Positions 19,223 to 30,045 of a DNA stretch of 64,000 bases are shown in pieces. Each line of letters starts with the position of its first letter. Positions within the stretch are counted from its first letter, which is position 1. This DNA comes from Nitrospirota bacterium (GTDB lineage Bacteria; Nitrospirota; Thermodesulfovibrionia; UBA6902): the NCBI GenBank assembly GCA_016213945.1, contig JACQZF010000048.1, forward strand, positions 33,854 to 97,853, given 5' to 3'. Below the pieces are notes generated by a model, which saw nothing but the letters and a program-made list of their open reading frames with translations, ran no database searches and was not told where the DNA came from. The position numbers were made by a program, and so were the translations under genes.

Positions 19223-20371
19223 TTACCACTTTAAATTCCTTACGGCAACCGGAGTAATTACAGTAGTTACAAGAGACATCATCACTATCGACACATACAA
19301 ATTCTGGCTTATTATGTTTGAGGTCAAACCGATCAGGGCAACTATCATCGCAACCTCGCCCCTTGGAGACATACCAAACCCGATGATCAAGGATTCCGAA
19401 TTACTGAAACGGACCATTTTCGCCGCGATCCCGCAACCGATGACCTTTGTTAAAACCGCCACTAAAATTAATGCCCCGAAAAAAGGCAGGATGTTAAATG
19501 TCAGTTCCTTCAAATTCACCAGTATCCCCAGGCTTATGAAAAATATCGCGCCGAAGATTACGTGCAGGTATTCAGCCCCTTCCTTAAGGTCCTTGCTGTT
19601 CTTAAACTTCAGGCCTTCCAGCACCACTCCGGACAAAAAGGCCCCGACAATCGCTGATAGCCCGATTATCTCCGCAACAGACGCATATAAGAAACAGAAC
19701 ATGATCGACATGATGAATAAAAAATCCGGAAATTCTTTAGCGACTCCCTGCTCATCAAGCTTCATGAACAGTTTTTTTATGTACGGGGCCGCAAAGATCC
19801 CTGCGATCAAAAAGGCTGCCGCTTTCATTGCTGTCAAAACTATTTTCATGAGCTCAATATTGCCTTCTCTTACGGATTGCGCGGCTATTGACAGCGCCAA
19901 TAAACCGAGGACATCGTCTATAACCGCCGCCCCGATTATCGCCTTTGCCGCCGGGGTATTCAGTTTCTTCATCTCTTTTAATACGCTTGCTGTGATAGCT
20001 ATGCTGGTGGCGGTCAACGATACCCCGATAAACATTGATTCCTGAAAATTATAATCAAAGATATTCGCGAGGAAATAACCTGCTGTCCATGGAAGGATTA
20101 TGCCGATAAACGCAATGAGCAAATATTTTGTCTGGTAGATTTCCCTGTTCTTAAATTCAAGCCCTATCGCAAACAAAAGCATTATCGCGCCGAGATGCGC
20201 CAGCATCTTGATAGCGTCGCTGTATTTTATGATCGCAAGGAAGCTTGGGCCTATTATTATTCCGACAATGATTATGCCGACAACTGCGGACTGATTGATT
20301 CTCGAGGAAAGCAGATATCCTGCTAAAGCAAACAGGAGGATTAAACTTATCTGTAATTCAATCGTGGCCAT
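19223..20371 (-). CDS. Cation:proton antiporter (CPA family Na+/H+ exchanger)
   Basis: 382 aa, polytopic, KefB/NhaP-like N-terminus. Confidence 0.7.
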   Translation of the reverse strand: MATIELQISLILLFALAGYLLSSRINQSAVVGIIIVGIIIGPSFLAIIKYSDAIKMLAHLGAIMLLFAIGLEFKNREIYQTKYLLIAFIGIILPWTAGYFLANIFDYNFQESMFIGVSLTATSIAITASVLKEMKKLNTPAAKAIIGAAVIDDVLGLLALSIAAQSVREGNIELMKIVLTAMKAAAFLIAGIFAAPYIKKLFMKLDEQGVAKEFPDFLFIMSIMFCFLYASVAEIIGLSAIVGAFLSGVVLEGLKFKNSKDLKEGAEYLHVIFGAIFFISLGILVNLKELTFNILPFFGALILVAVLTKVIGCGIAAKMVRFSNSESLIIGFGMSPRGEVAMIVALIGLTSNIISQNLYVSIVMMSLVTTVITPVAVRNLKW

Positions 20372-20418
20372 ATCGTTTATAACCAGTTACCAAAAACATA
20401 AGTATGATAACTTGATTT

Positions 20419-20476
20419 GTCACTCCGGCTTGTCCAGAGTCTTTCTTAAAAAGGATTCCCGACAAGCGGGAATGAC
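20419..20476. repeat. REP-like palindromic element copy 5 (between the antiporter and kinase genes)
   Basis: GTCACTCCGGCTTGTCCAGAGTC...GGATTCCCGACAAGCGGGAATGAC. Confidence 0.7.
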
Positions 20477-20483
20477 CTCTTAT

Positions 20484-21965
20484 TTATAAACTTGTTAGTA
20501 AATATACCATGTAATAATAAACAATGCCTCTCCTAACCCGCGGCTTCGCCACCTGCTCCATGATCTCCGGCCTGATGCGCCCGCGCACAACGGTCACTGT
20601 GCAGGGCGCTTCCGCGACAACCTGAGAAGACACGCTTCCAAGGAAACGCCGCAGGGTCGAGCTGCCGCGCGCGCCTATGACGATATGATCAACATGATTC
20701 GCCCTTGCATAATTGACGAGGGCCGCTGCAGGGTCGGGAAATTCAAGGACATGAAACGATATCCTGTCAGCCGGGATTTCCAGCGCGCGCGCCCAGTGCT
20801 TAAGTTCTATCAGAAATTGCACATGCAGATTTTGTCCCGCTTCGTCAACGCCGAGGTCGAGGCCCACGAGAGGCGTTTTACGGACAGTGACGCAGGTGAG
20901 GCGGGCGTTTCTTTCCGTACGAAAAATACGCTTTACGGCTTTGCGCAGTGAATCGGAGAGGGCCTCCATTTCAGGAGAGGTATCCACGGCAGCCATGACA
21001 ATCGGCACAGTATCAAGATGTCTGGCTATCGATCTGTTTGCGGATGGACCGAATTTATTATAATTCATCCAGCGCTTAAAAATTGTCCAGTGACTGTCCC
21101 GCCTGCCTCGTTCCGCGCGCGGCGTAAGCACGACCTGTTCAGGGTGCTGAAGGGCAAAGGCAAGCTGTGCCGCGCTGCCGTACCGCTTTGCGGGATCTAC
21201 CTCAAGACATCGTAAAACTATCTCCTGCAGCCAGCGGGGGCATTCTTTGTTTAATGCCCGTGGAGGAACGAAATCAACATACAGGCGTCTCCTGAGGCCG
21301 GCCTTGCTTTTCGGGTCGCCGAAAGGCTGTTCCCCGGTGCTCAATTCATACAAGATCACTCCGAGGGCGAAGATGTCGCTGCGCGAATCACTGCGCACAT
21401 TCAGCACCTGCTCAGGTGAGATATACGGGGCAGTGCCCATCGGCAGGTGAAACTCCTCGGCCATCAGGTCGGGGAGCTGATCATGCCGTGAAAGGCCGAA
21501 GTCTATAAGCACGGCTTCCCCACTTTTACGGAAGAGTATGTTGTCCGGCGTAAGATCGAGGTGAATGACACGCTGACAGTGAAGATCATGCAGCGCAGCA
21601 GCCGTTTTTGCCCCGATGCCAGCTATTTTATCCGGCGGCAGCGGCGCCTCAGGCAGGCGGGATTCAAGCGAACCGCCCGGAATATGCTCCATGACAAGAA
21701 ACGGTTGCTGCGAGAAATCGCCGGAAGCGATGAAGCGCGGGACATGCGGCCCTGAAAGCTTAGGCAGGACCATCTGCTCGACTTCGAAGCTTACGATAAA
21801 TGATGGATCATCTCCATCCTTAAGACGCGGGACTTTCATTACCATTGGTAAAGAAAGGTCTTCTCTCGTCACCTTCCATATGGTTGCCATTCCGCCCGCG
21901 TGAATTCTTTTCACAAGCTTGAAGCCGCCCAGGAATGCCCCTGCTGAAAGTGATTCCGCAACCAC
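20484..21965 (-). CDS. Ser/Thr protein kinase fused to a C-terminal universal stress protein (USP) domain
   Basis: Kinase motifs HLDLTPDNILF, DFGLS and APE-like PYISPE. The C-terminus is a USP (…HIVIGARGSSTLRRFLGSVSSQVV). Confidence 0.8.
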   Translation of the reverse strand: MVAESLSAGAFLGGFKLVKRIHAGGMATIWKVTREDLSLPMVMKVPRLKDGDDPSFIVSFEVEQMVLPKLSGPHVPRFIASGDFSQQPFLVMEHIPGGSLESRLPEAPLPPDKIAGIGAKTAAALHDLHCQRVIHLDLTPDNILFRKSGEAVLIDFGLSRHDQLPDLMAEEFHLPMGTAPYISPEQVLNVRSDSRSDIFALGVILYELSTGEQPFGDPKSKAGLRRRLYVDFVPPRALNKECPRWLQEIVLRCLEVDPAKRYGSAAQLAFALQHPEQVVLTPRAERGRRDSHWTIFKRWMNYNKFGPSANRSIARHLDTVPIVMAAVDTSPEMEALSDSLRKAVKRIFRTERNARLTCVTVRKTPLVGLDLGVDEAGQNLHVQFLIELKHWARALEIPADRISFHVLEFPDPAAALVNYARANHVDHIVIGARGSSTLRRFLGSVSSQVVAEAPCTVTVVRGRIRPEIMEQVAKPRVRRGIVYYYMVYLLTSL

Positions 21966-21971
21966 CCTAAT

Positions 21972-22715
21972 TTATACTCCCTGTTCCAAACGTGTCCCAA
22001 ACCATTCAGGCAGTCCAGCCTCTTTTATCTTCCTTGCTGCCGCTTCCACGTCAAACGGCACACGAAAATATGTCAGCATGTTAAGAGCTGAATCGTATAC
22101 AGCATAACATGCCGCAGGGTTTCCGTCACGCGGCTGCCCCACGGACCCCGCATTGATAAGCCAGCGGCGATGCGTGCTGAGCGGAATGTCCACACCCGGT
22201 TGAGGGACAAAAGCATTAACGCTCCTGCTGCCGTTCTGGTGATACAGGTACCGTTCATGAACATGGCCGCAGAATGTTAACCGGCAGCGGGTAAAGGCAA
22301 GGCTGCGTGCTGTATCAAATGTATCAGTTATATAGCCCCATTGATTCGGGGCCCAGGCGTTTGCGTGCACGTAAAGGCGGTCATGCTCGTCAATCTGGAG
22401 CGGAAGTCCCGACAGAAATTTCATCTGATGCCTATTAAGACGGGTACGCGTCCATTCAACAGCATAGCGCGCGTCGGAATGCATCCCGTTACGTGATCTC
22501 TGCAATACCGCTTCGTCGTGGTTGCCAAGTACGACTATCGCTCCGTTTTCATAGTAACGCATGACGGTGTCGAGTACCCATTCCGGATCAGCGCCATAGC
22601 CGATCAAGTCCCCTAAGAAAACATGCTTGTCAACACCTTGTAAGATTGAGTGATAGATGCATGCTTCTAAAGCTTCACGATTAGCGTGAATATCTGCAAA
22701 AAAAGCTATCCGCAT
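21972..22715 (-). CDS. Metallophosphoesterase (calcineurin-like Ser/Thr phosphatase family)
   Basis: Motifs DIHAN, GDLIGYG and GNHD. It sits immediately downstream of the kinase. Confidence 0.75.
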   Translation of the reverse strand: MRIAFFADIHANREALEACIYHSILQGVDKHVFLGDLIGYGADPEWVLDTVMRYYENGAIVVLGNHDEAVLQRSRNGMHSDARYAVEWTRTRLNRHQMKFLSGLPLQIDEHDRLYVHANAWAPNQWGYITDTFDTARSLAFTRCRLTFCGHVHERYLYHQNGSRSVNAFVPQPGVDIPLSTHRRWLINAGSVGQPRDGNPAACYAVYDSALNMLTYFRVPFDVEAAARKIKEAGLPEWFGTRLEQGV

Positions 22716-22803
22716 ATCAAATTAATAAAAAGCATCCGGCAGGATGGCAGGCGCCATCCACCGGACACCTCAAGTAAAGAAAGGGGCTTCCCAACCGTCC
22801 GAA

Positions 22804-24065
22804 TTAATGCTCGTAAGAGGTAATGTCCCTTTCTTTTGTTTCTTTCAAAAAAAGCTCTCCAATGACTACTGTCGCAATCGAAACAACGATCGGATACCAT
22901 AGTCCGTAATAGATATCCCCTGTTGCCGCTACCATCGCCGTAGCTGTAAGCGGCAGCAAACCGCCGAACCAGCCATTGCCTATGTGATACGGCAAAGACA
23001 TGGATGTGTAGCGAATCCGGGTCGGGAACAACTCGACCAGGAACGCCGCGATCGGGCCATACACCATGGTGACGTAGATAACGAAGATAAACAGGATGAG
23101 CAGGACCATAGGATAGTTGATCTTGCTCTTGTCAGCTTCAGCAGGATAGCCCTGGGCTTTCAGCGCCTCTTTTACTGCCTGCTCGTTCCAGCCGACGATC
23201 TCGGTCGTTCCAATTGTTGTTACAACATCCTTGCCCTCCACTCCAGGGAGCGTAGTGAAGCTTAATCCCTGCTTGGTCATGTAGTCCTTAGCACGGTCAC
23301 AGTTGCTGAACTTGCTCCACGGGCCGACAAAAATGTGGAAGTTGCAATCGGATTCGTTTGCGGCAACAGAGATCTGCGTCCTGTTCTGAAAATCCTCCAG
23401 CGCCGGGTTGACATAGTGCGTCAGAGCCTTGAACATCGGGAAGTAGGTCACTGCCGCTATCAAACAGCCGACCAGGATGATCTTGAGCCGGCCTATCTTG
23501 TCCGACAGTTTGCCGAAGACGATGAAAAAGGGTGTCCCGAGGAGCAGAGACGCACCTATCAGTGTGTAAGTTGTAAGGAAATCGAGCTTCAGCGTGATCC
23601 GCCGTATTCTCCGCCAAGCGCAAGTCCCTGAAGCAGACGCAGCGTCACAAGAATAACCGGGGCGAACCAGCCGACCGAATCGAAAGTAGGCAGAAGGCCG
23701 ACCCCGAAAGTCGCAAGACCCATAACGACGATTGTTACTAAAAATGTGTATTTGCGGCCTACCAGATCACCGATGCGGCCAAACACGAGCGCGCCGAAAG
23801 GACGCACAAGAAAGCCCGCGGCGTATGTTGCGAATGCCGAAAGGAGTGCTGCCGTTTCGTTACCTTTCGGAAAAAACAGCGCGGCAAAGAACGGCGCCAG
23901 CGTTGCGTACAGGTAAAAGTCGTACCACTCGAATACCGTTCCAACCGATGAAGCGACGATAACCAGCTTTTCATCTTTGGATATCGGAGCTTTTTCTGCT
24001 ACTTGATCTGTTGCTATAGTTGTGCTCATTGAGCAATACCTCCTTTTTATTTTGTTGTTTGGCAA
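22804..24065 (-). pseudogene. MFS transporter of the metabolite:H+ symporter (MHS) family, interrupted by a frameshift/stop near 23589-23625 and carrying a ~100 aa hydrophilic insertion
   Basis: The N-terminal ORF (23589..24065) ends ...LGGEYGGSR*. The continuing frame reads ...LDFLTTYTLIGASLLLGTPFFIVFGKLSDKIGR... then ...ELFPTRIRYTSMSL... Both are MHS hallmarks, but they lie in different frames. Confidence 0.5.
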
Positions 24066-24130
24066 CAGGGTTGTAGAATCAACGCCTTGATAAGCGTTTT
24101 GTTTGGGTTTTTACATATAAAATACCTCCT

Positions 24131-24568
24131 TTATTTCTTATTGCGGCGCGCCCTGAGTGCGCCGGCTTTTCTTCCTGTTGTCAGCACCAGTCCGGAATAT
24201 CCTGACATTGACGGATGCGTTTCCAGAATTCCGAATAATATTTCTTTACTAATGAGATAGCATGTAGTATCTTCAACTGCTGAGACCCTGATTTTTGATC
24301 CAGCCTTGTCCCGGAGACAGCCGAATGAGTTGCCTTCCCGCCTGTATTCTGTGGCGTCTTTTTCACTCTCTTTAAACTTTACCCTTACATACCCTTTTTT
24401 AATAATCTGAAGATATTCGCAAGGCGGATTTTCTTCATTAATGATCACGGTATCTTTCGGATAGAATTCCACTATGACGCCTCCGGCAATTTGTCTTAAA
24501 GCGATATCGTCAAGTTCCTGAAATGGTTGAAGCTTACTGAGAAATTCTTTTACTTCTTCGATGGTCAT
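24131..24568 (-). CDS. Cyclic nucleotide-binding domain protein (the ORF could extend to 24679)
   Basis: cNMP-binding beta-barrel (…FGILETHP…) with a Gly-rich loop. The start is assigned to the internal Met of MTIEEVKEF. Confidence 0.55.
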   Translation of the reverse strand: MTIEEVKEFLSKLQPFQELDDIALRQIAGGVIVEFYPKDTVIINEENPPCEYLQIIKKGYVRVKFKESEKDATEYRREGNSFGCLRDKAGSKIRVSAVEDTTCYLISKEILFGILETHPSMSGYSGLVLTTGRKAGALRARRNKK

Positions 24569-24889
24569 CTTTATGATGACAAAGGAAGAGCAAATCATAT
24601 GCCTGAAAAAGGCAGAACCGTATTGACTGCTTAACTCATTGGAATAAAAAAGAATAAATGGGAATAAGGTGCTTTCCAAGATACGGGAAATGCTTAAACA
24701 AAAAGATGGAATGATACTTTATATAGCACAGCAAGAGGAAATTCTAAATAATCTTTATTTTTCATAATAGTTACGATGGTTACTTTTTGTAATGCAAATT
24801 TGTACTTGACGTAGAGATAAGTAACATGCCCAAACTGTTTTTGTCTTGATAGTTAATTAATACCATCAAAACTAAAATGACCTGGTCCT

Positions 24890-24912
24890 GTCATTCCGCA
24901 GTCTCTTAGGTA
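24890..24912. repeat. Degenerate partial copy of the REP-like element (GTCATTCCGCAGTCTCTTAGG) in the cNMP/galU divergent region
   Basis: It matches only the first ~20 nt of copy 6. Confidence 0.3.
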
Positions 24913-25086
24913 CTCTAAGGTGTCTTGCGATACTGAATTTATACTAAGCTGACGCATCACGAAACACATTATCATATAAGGGAAAGTTTGATTTGCCCTC
25001 TTTCAATAACTCATGCAACATGGTAGAATAAAAAATATTTTTTTCTCTGTTTTTCTATTTGCTAAAATTACAAAGGAGAAAAGTGT

Positions 25087-25974
25087 ATGCCTAATATCGT
25101 TAAGAAAGCTGTATTTCCTGCTGCAGGGTTAGGCACAAGGTTTTTACCTGCAACAAAGGCATCTCCCAAGGAGATGCTGCCCATTGTCGATAAGCCGTTG
25201 ATACAGTACGCAGTTGAAGAAGCGGAGAATTGCGGCATAAAGGAATTTATCATGATTACAGGTAAATCCAAGAGGGCAATTGAAGACCACTTTGATTCTG
25301 CCTGGGAGCTTGAGGAAAACCTTAAAAGCAAAGGCAAGCAAGCAATGCTCGAAGAAATACGCAAGCTGTCACGGCATCAGTTCGCTTACATAAGGCAGGG
25401 GGCCCCTCTCGGCCTCGGTCATGCGATTCTCTGTTCCAAGGCGTTTGTAAATAACGAACCTTTTGCAGTGATCCTGAGTGATGATATAATTGATCCAGAG
25501 GACAATCTTCTTGGAGAGATGCTGAAAATATATAATGAACATGGGGCAACGGTGCTCGCCCTGCAAAGAGTGCCACAAGAAGAAGTACACCGTTACGGAA
25601 TAATAGCCGGAAAAGAAGTCAAAAAAAATATTTTCAGGATTACCGATATGGTTGAAAAACCGAAACAGTCTTCCGCTCCTTCTGACATTGCCGTTATCGG
25701 AAGGTATATACTTACTCCGGATATTTTTAATTTCCTCGAAAAAACATTACCGGGCAAGGGCGGAGAAATTCAATTAACCGATGCATTAAATGCTCTTTTG
25801 CAAAAGAAGCCGGTTTATGGTTACCTTTTTGAGGGCACACGCTATGACGCGGGAGACAAGCTTGGTTATCTAAAGGCAACTGTTGAATTTGCATTAAAGA
25901 CACCGACTGTCAGAGACGAGTTTAAAAAATATCTTTTATCCACAGTTGCATCAATCATAAACAAGGAGCAATAA
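25087..25974 (+). CDS. galU: UTP--glucose-1-phosphate uridylyltransferase
   Basis: It starts [35 protein letters not shown]. Confidence 0.9.
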   Translation: MPNIVKKAVFPAAGLGTRFLPATKASPKEMLPIVDKPLIQYAVEEAENCGIKEFIMITGKSKRAIEDHFDSAWELEENLKSKGKQAMLEEIRKLSRHQFAYIRQGAPLGLGHAILCSKAFVNNEPFAVILSDDIIDPEDNLLGEMLKIYNEHGATVLALQRVPQEEVHRYGIIAGKEVKKNIFRITDMVEKPKQSSAPSDIAVIGRYILTPDIFNFLEKTLPGKGGEIQLTDALNALLQKKPVYGYLFEGTRYDAGDKLGYLKATVEFALKTPTVRDEFKKYLLSTVASIINKEQ

Positions 25975-28340
25975 TGGCCGAAATAGATGTAAGAGAAGAG
26001 CGCGAAATTGAGATTCCGACATCCTTGCCCATCCTGCCTGTAAGAGACGTTGTTATTTTCCCCTACATGATCCTTCCGCTTTTTGTGGGACGGGACATAT
26101 CGATCAAGGCGATTGAGCATGCCGTCGGAGAAAACAAGATGATACTGCTTGTGTCACAAAAAGACGTTAATATCGAAGTCCCCTCCAAAGATGACCTTTA
26201 CACCGTTGGGACAGTCGGAACAATTCTGAGGATGCTGAAACTCCCTGACGGGCGTCTCAAGATACTTGTGCAGGGCGTTGCAAAGGCAAAGATACTTAAA
26301 TATATCCAGACGGACCCGTTCTATATCGGCGAAATTGGAAAGGTCATTGACCAGCAACAGCCGGAGATGACACTCGAAGTTGAGGCCCTGATGCGCAATG
26401 TAAAAGAGCTTGTGGACAAATCATTAGCGCTCGGAAAGTCTTTTCTTCCCGATATCATTGTCCTTATAGAAAATATAGAGGACCCCGGCAGGCTTGCAGA
26501 TTTAGTAGCGTCGAACCTCGGCTTAAAGGCCGATCAGGCCCAATCATTGCTGGAACAGACAGAACCTATACTGAGGCTTAAAAAAATCAGCGAACTGCTC
26601 AGCAGGGAGGTTGAACTCCTGCTTGTGCAGCAGAAAATACAGTCTGACGTCAAGGGTGAAATTGACAAGACCCAGCGCGAATATTTCCTGAGAGAACAGA
26701 TGAAGGCCATACAGAGAGAACTCGGTGAGATTGATGAAAAGGCTGAGGAGGTCATGGAGCTTCGTAAAAAGATTGAAAAGGCGAAGATGCCGGAGAAGGT
26801 CGAGAAGGAGGCCATAAAACAGATCAACCGTCTCGAAAAGATGCATCCGGACAGCGCTGAAGCAGGCACAATAAGAACATATGTGGACTGGCTTGTTGAA
26901 CTGCCGTGGTCGAAGAGCTCAAAAGACATCCTCGACCTGAAAAAGGCGAAAAAGATCCTCGACGACGACCATTACGACCTTGAAAAGGTCAAAGAGCGCA
27001 TACTCGAATATCTCGGGGTGAGAAAGCTCAAAGAGAAGATGAAAGGCCCCATCCTGTGTTTTGTCGGGCCGCCCGGAGTCGGCAAGACCTCGCTTGGCAA
27101 ATCCATTGCTCGCTCATTAGGCCGTGAATTCTTCAGGATGTCCCTCGGCGGCATGAGAGACGAAGCCGAAATAAGGGGACACAGAAGGACATATGTCGGG
27201 GCAATGCCCGGCAGGATCATTCAGGGCATTAAAACATCAGGCAAAAACAATCCCGTGTTCATGTTAGATGAGGTCGATAAAATAGGCATGGATTTCAGGG
27301 GCGATCCCGCCTCCGCGCTGCTGGAGGTTTTGGACCCGGAACAGAATTATGCCTTTGCAGACCATTATCTCGGGGTCCCTTTTGATCTAAGCAACGTGAT
27401 GTTCATAACAACCGCTAATCTCATAGACCCCATTCCTTCTCCTTTAAGGGACAGGATGGAGATAATCGCATTGTCGGGATATACCGCCGAGGAAAAAATC
27501 GGCATAGCGAGAAACTACCTTATTCCCAAGCAGTTAAAAGAACACGGCATCTCGGATAAAAACATAAAAATTTACGACAGCGCGCTACTCAGTATTACCA
27601 CAAATTATACCGCCGAGGCAGGCGTGAGAAATCTTGAACGCGAGATCGCAAACCTCTGCAGGAAGGTAGCGAGAAAGATTGCTGAGGGGAAGATTAAAAA
27701 ATACATTATTTCATCAAAGAACATCTCAAAGTATCTCGGCGTACAGAAATACATGCCTGAAGAAGAAATCAAAAAAGACGAGATCGGGGTATCTACCGGG
27801 CTTGCGTGGACGGAGAGCGGCGGAGACATAATCTACATCGAAGCCACGATAATGAAGGGCAAGGGCAGCCTGACGCTTACGGGGCAGCTCGGCGATGTTA
27901 TGAAGGAGTCGGCCCATGCGGCGTTGACTTATGTGCGCTCAAGGGCCAAAACACTCGGCATAAAAAACTCGATGTTTTCACAAAACGATATCCACATTCA
28001 TGTCCCCGCGGGCGGGATCCCCAAAGACGGGCCTTCCGCCGGCATAACAATGGCTACCGCTATCGCCTCGGTTTTTACCGGCAAGCCTGTTCATAAGAGC
28101 GTTGCCATGACAGGCGAGGTAACACTGCGGGGGAAGGTGCTCCCGATAGGGGGCCTGAAAGAGAAGTCCCTGGCGGCAAAGAGGATGGGCATCAAGAAGG
28201 TGATAATTCCCAAGCGCAATGAAAAGGACCTCGAGGATATTCCAAAGTATGTGAAGAAGGACATGCAGTTTATACCGGTGGAGACAATGGATGAAGTTTT
28301 AAAGAATGCCCTTATTACGAGCAAGAAAAAGAGAAAATGA
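25974..28340 (+). CDS. lon: ATP-dependent Lon protease (LonA)
   Basis: Walker [10 protein letters not shown] and the protease active site [17 protein letters not shown]. Its ATG overlaps the galU stop. Confidence 0.95.
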   Translation: MAEIDVREEREIEIPTSLPILPVRDVVIFPYMILPLFVGRDISIKAIEHAVGENKMILLVSQKDVNIEVPSKDDLYTVGTVGTILRMLKLPDGRLKILVQGVAKAKILKYIQTDPFYIGEIGKVIDQQQPEMTLEVEALMRNVKELVDKSLALGKSFLPDIIVLIENIEDPGRLADLVASNLGLKADQAQSLLEQTEPILRLKKISELLSREVELLLVQQKIQSDVKGEIDKTQREYFLREQMKAIQRELGEIDEKAEEVMELRKKIEKAKMPEKVEKEAIKQINRLEKMHPDSAEAGTIRTYVDWLVELPWSKSSKDILDLKKAKKILDDDHYDLEKVKERILEYLGVRKLKEKMKGPILCFVGPPGVGKTSLGKSIARSLGREFFRMSLGGMRDEAEIRGHRRTYVGAMPGRIIQGIKTSGKNNPVFMLDEVDKIGMDFRGDPASALLEVLDPEQNYAFADHYLGVPFDLSNVMFITTANLIDPIPSPLRDRMEIIALSGYTAEEKIGIARNYLIPKQLKEHGISDKNIKIYDSALLSITTNYTAEAGVRNLEREIANLCRKVARKIAEGKIKKYIISSKNISKYLGVQKYMPEEEIKKDEIGVSTGLAWTESGGDIIYIEATIMKGKGSLTLTGQLGDVMKESAHAALTYVRSRAKTLGIKNSMFSQNDIHIHVPAGGIPKDGPSAGITMATAIASVFTGKPVHKSVAMTGEVTLRGKVLPIGGLKEKSLAAKRMGIKKVIIPKRNEKDLEDIPKYVKKDMQFIPVETMDEVLKNALITSKKKRK

Positions 28341-28430
28341 AAAATATAATGGACCACTGAGACGCTGAGAAGATTAAATATATTCTTGCCTTTTTCTTTC
28401 TCATTTTTCATTTCAAGATTTTTGTATTTT

Positions 28431-28470
28431 CCTCAGTGCCTCTGTGACCTCTGTGGTTGATTTATAAACT
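28431..28470 (+). repeat. Dispersed ~19-bp motif copy A (TTTCCTCAGTGCCTCTGTG + ACCTCTGTG), ending at the thiL start codon
   Basis: Matches copies B and C at 17/19 positions. Confidence 0.6.
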
Positions 28471-29454
28471 ATGCGGCTTTCTGAACTCGGCGAATTCGGC
28501 CTTATAAAAAGGATCAGGGCTAAATGCAAAAATGTTTCCCCTGAAATCATTGAAGGCATTGGCGACGACGCGGCAATTATAAAAACAGGGGCAAAAAAAA
28601 TTCTCGTCACCACTGACATGATGATTGAAGGGACCCATTTCGACCTTTCATTTACAACGTTCTCACAACTGGGCCACAAATTTTTAGCGGTAAACATCAG
28701 CGATATCTTTGCAATGGGCGGAAGCCCGGAATATTTTTTTATCAGCCTCGGTATTCCCCAAAAATGCAAAACTGAAGATATTGATGAACTGTATTCAGGA
28801 ATATTAAAGCTCGCAAAAAAATCCGGGGTTACAATTGCGGGCGGCGATACATGTTCATCAAAAGACGGACTTGTGCTAAGCGGAACTCTCATCGGGACCG
28901 CTGACAGAATAATTACACGCTCAGGAGCAAAAGCAGGAGACGGCATTTTCATCACGGACACAGTGGGGGATTCTGCAATGGGGCTTATACTTTTAAAAAG
29001 TCAGAAGTCAGAAGTCAGAAGTCAGAAGTTAAAAAACAAGAAGCTGAAATTTGGAACTCAAAACTCAAAACTCATCAAGAAACACCTGATGCCGGAGCCG
29101 TTCCCTATGAAAAACATGTCTAAGGTTACATCAATGATTGATATTAGCGACGGGCTTCTGATAGATTTAAGTCATATTTGTGACGAAAGCAAAGTCGGCG
29201 CTTTAATTTATACAGATAAGATCCCGGTATCAAAGGAGCTTGCAGAAGCTGCCGGGACATTGCGACTGAATCCTGTAAGTCTTGCGTTAAAAGGCGGGGA
29301 AGATTATGCGCTGCTTTTCACCGCACCGCAGGACATAAAGACAGATGCATTTAAAATCGGCGAGATTGTTAAGAGGGGCCGTTTTATAGTTGACGAAAAA
29401 GGGAGAAAGAGAAGATTTCAGGCGGAAGGATATGAACACTTTAAAAGAAAGTAG
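28471..29454 (+). CDS. thiL: Thiamine-monophosphate kinase, carrying an inserted low-complexity segment encoded by tandem 7/8-mers
   Basis: ThiL N-terminus (GEFGLIKRI...GDDAAII...) and PurM-like fold. The insert reads KSQKSEVRSQKLKNKKLKFGTQNSKL. Confidence 0.8.
   Translation: MRLSELGEFGLIKRIRAKCKNVSPEIIEGIGDDAAIIKTGAKKILVTTDMMIEGTHFDLSFTTFSQLGHKFLAVNISDIFAMGGSPEYFFISLGIPQKCKTEDIDELYSGILKLAKKSGVTIAGGDTCSSKDGLVLSGTLIGTADRIITRSGAKAGDGIFITDTVGDSAMGLILLKSQKSEVRSQKLKNKKLKFGTQNSKLIKKHLMPEPFPMKNMSKVTSMIDISDGLLIDLSHICDESKVGALIYTDKIPVSKELAEAAGTLRLNPVSLALKGGEDYALLFTAPQDIKTDAFKIGEIVKRGRFIVDEKGRKRRFQAEGYEHFKRK
29000..29078. repeat. 4 x heptamer GTCAGAA array plus 2-3 x octamer AACTCAAA array, in-frame inside thiL
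   Basis: gtcagaa x4 at 29000-29027; aactcaaa aactcaaa actcatca at 29056-29078. Confidence 0.85.
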
Positions 29455-29540
29455 ACAGAAGTTAGAAGTTAGTATAATGGTAGTTAAGATAAGACGTACT
29501 GCATTTATTCCCTTAACTACTTACTACCAACTACTCTCTA
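29455..29540. repeat. Intergenic element downstream of thiL with AGAAGTT x2 and degenerate AACTACT-type heptamers flanked by a short inverted repeat (GGTAGTTAAG / CTTAACTAC)
   Basis: It uses the same unit family as the thiL and cbiD arrays. Confidence 0.5.
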
Positions 29541-29541
29541 C

Positions 29542-30045
29542 TTGTTCCCAATTAACATGTCATACATAAGAGATAAATTCAGGGCCATATTCCAGGTGAA
29601 AGACACGCCGCACCGCATCGCTATAGCTTTTGCGCTCGGCGTGTTCATGGGTATTTCCCCTCTATTGGGACTTCACTATGTCGGGGGATTTTTTCTGGCG
29701 TGGCTTTTCCGCCTGAATAAACTCGTTACTCTTGTAGGAGTGAGCGTAAATAACCCCTGGACCATTGTTCCGCTGTCCTCCTTTTGTGTCTGGTTCGGGG
29801 CGAAATTAATCGGGATAAAACAGGTTTTGCCTGACGTGGACTGGGGCAGCATAACTTTCGGTAAAATTGCAGGCAGGCTGACGGACCTGAATAATTTAAT
29901 GGCTCTCGTCAAAGAATTAATGCCTCTAATAGCATCTTTTTTTGTCGGCGCCTCCATCGTCGGTGCAGTGTCAGCGGTAGCGGGCTATTTTATTGTTCAC
30001 AACCTGGTAACCAGATACCAGCAGAAAGCACATGACGCCGCATAA
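29542..30045 (+). CDS. DUF2062 membrane protein
   Basis: The sequence RIAIAFALGVFMGISPLLGLH... is typical of the family. Confidence 0.5.
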   Translation: MFPINMSYIRDKFRAIFQVKDTPHRIAIAFALGVFMGISPLLGLHYVGGFFLAWLFRLNKLVTLVGVSVNNPWTIVPLSSFCVWFGAKLIGIKQVLPDVDWGSITFGKIAGRLTDLNNLMALVKELMPLIASFFVGASIVGAVSAVAGYFIVHNLVTRYQQKAHDAA

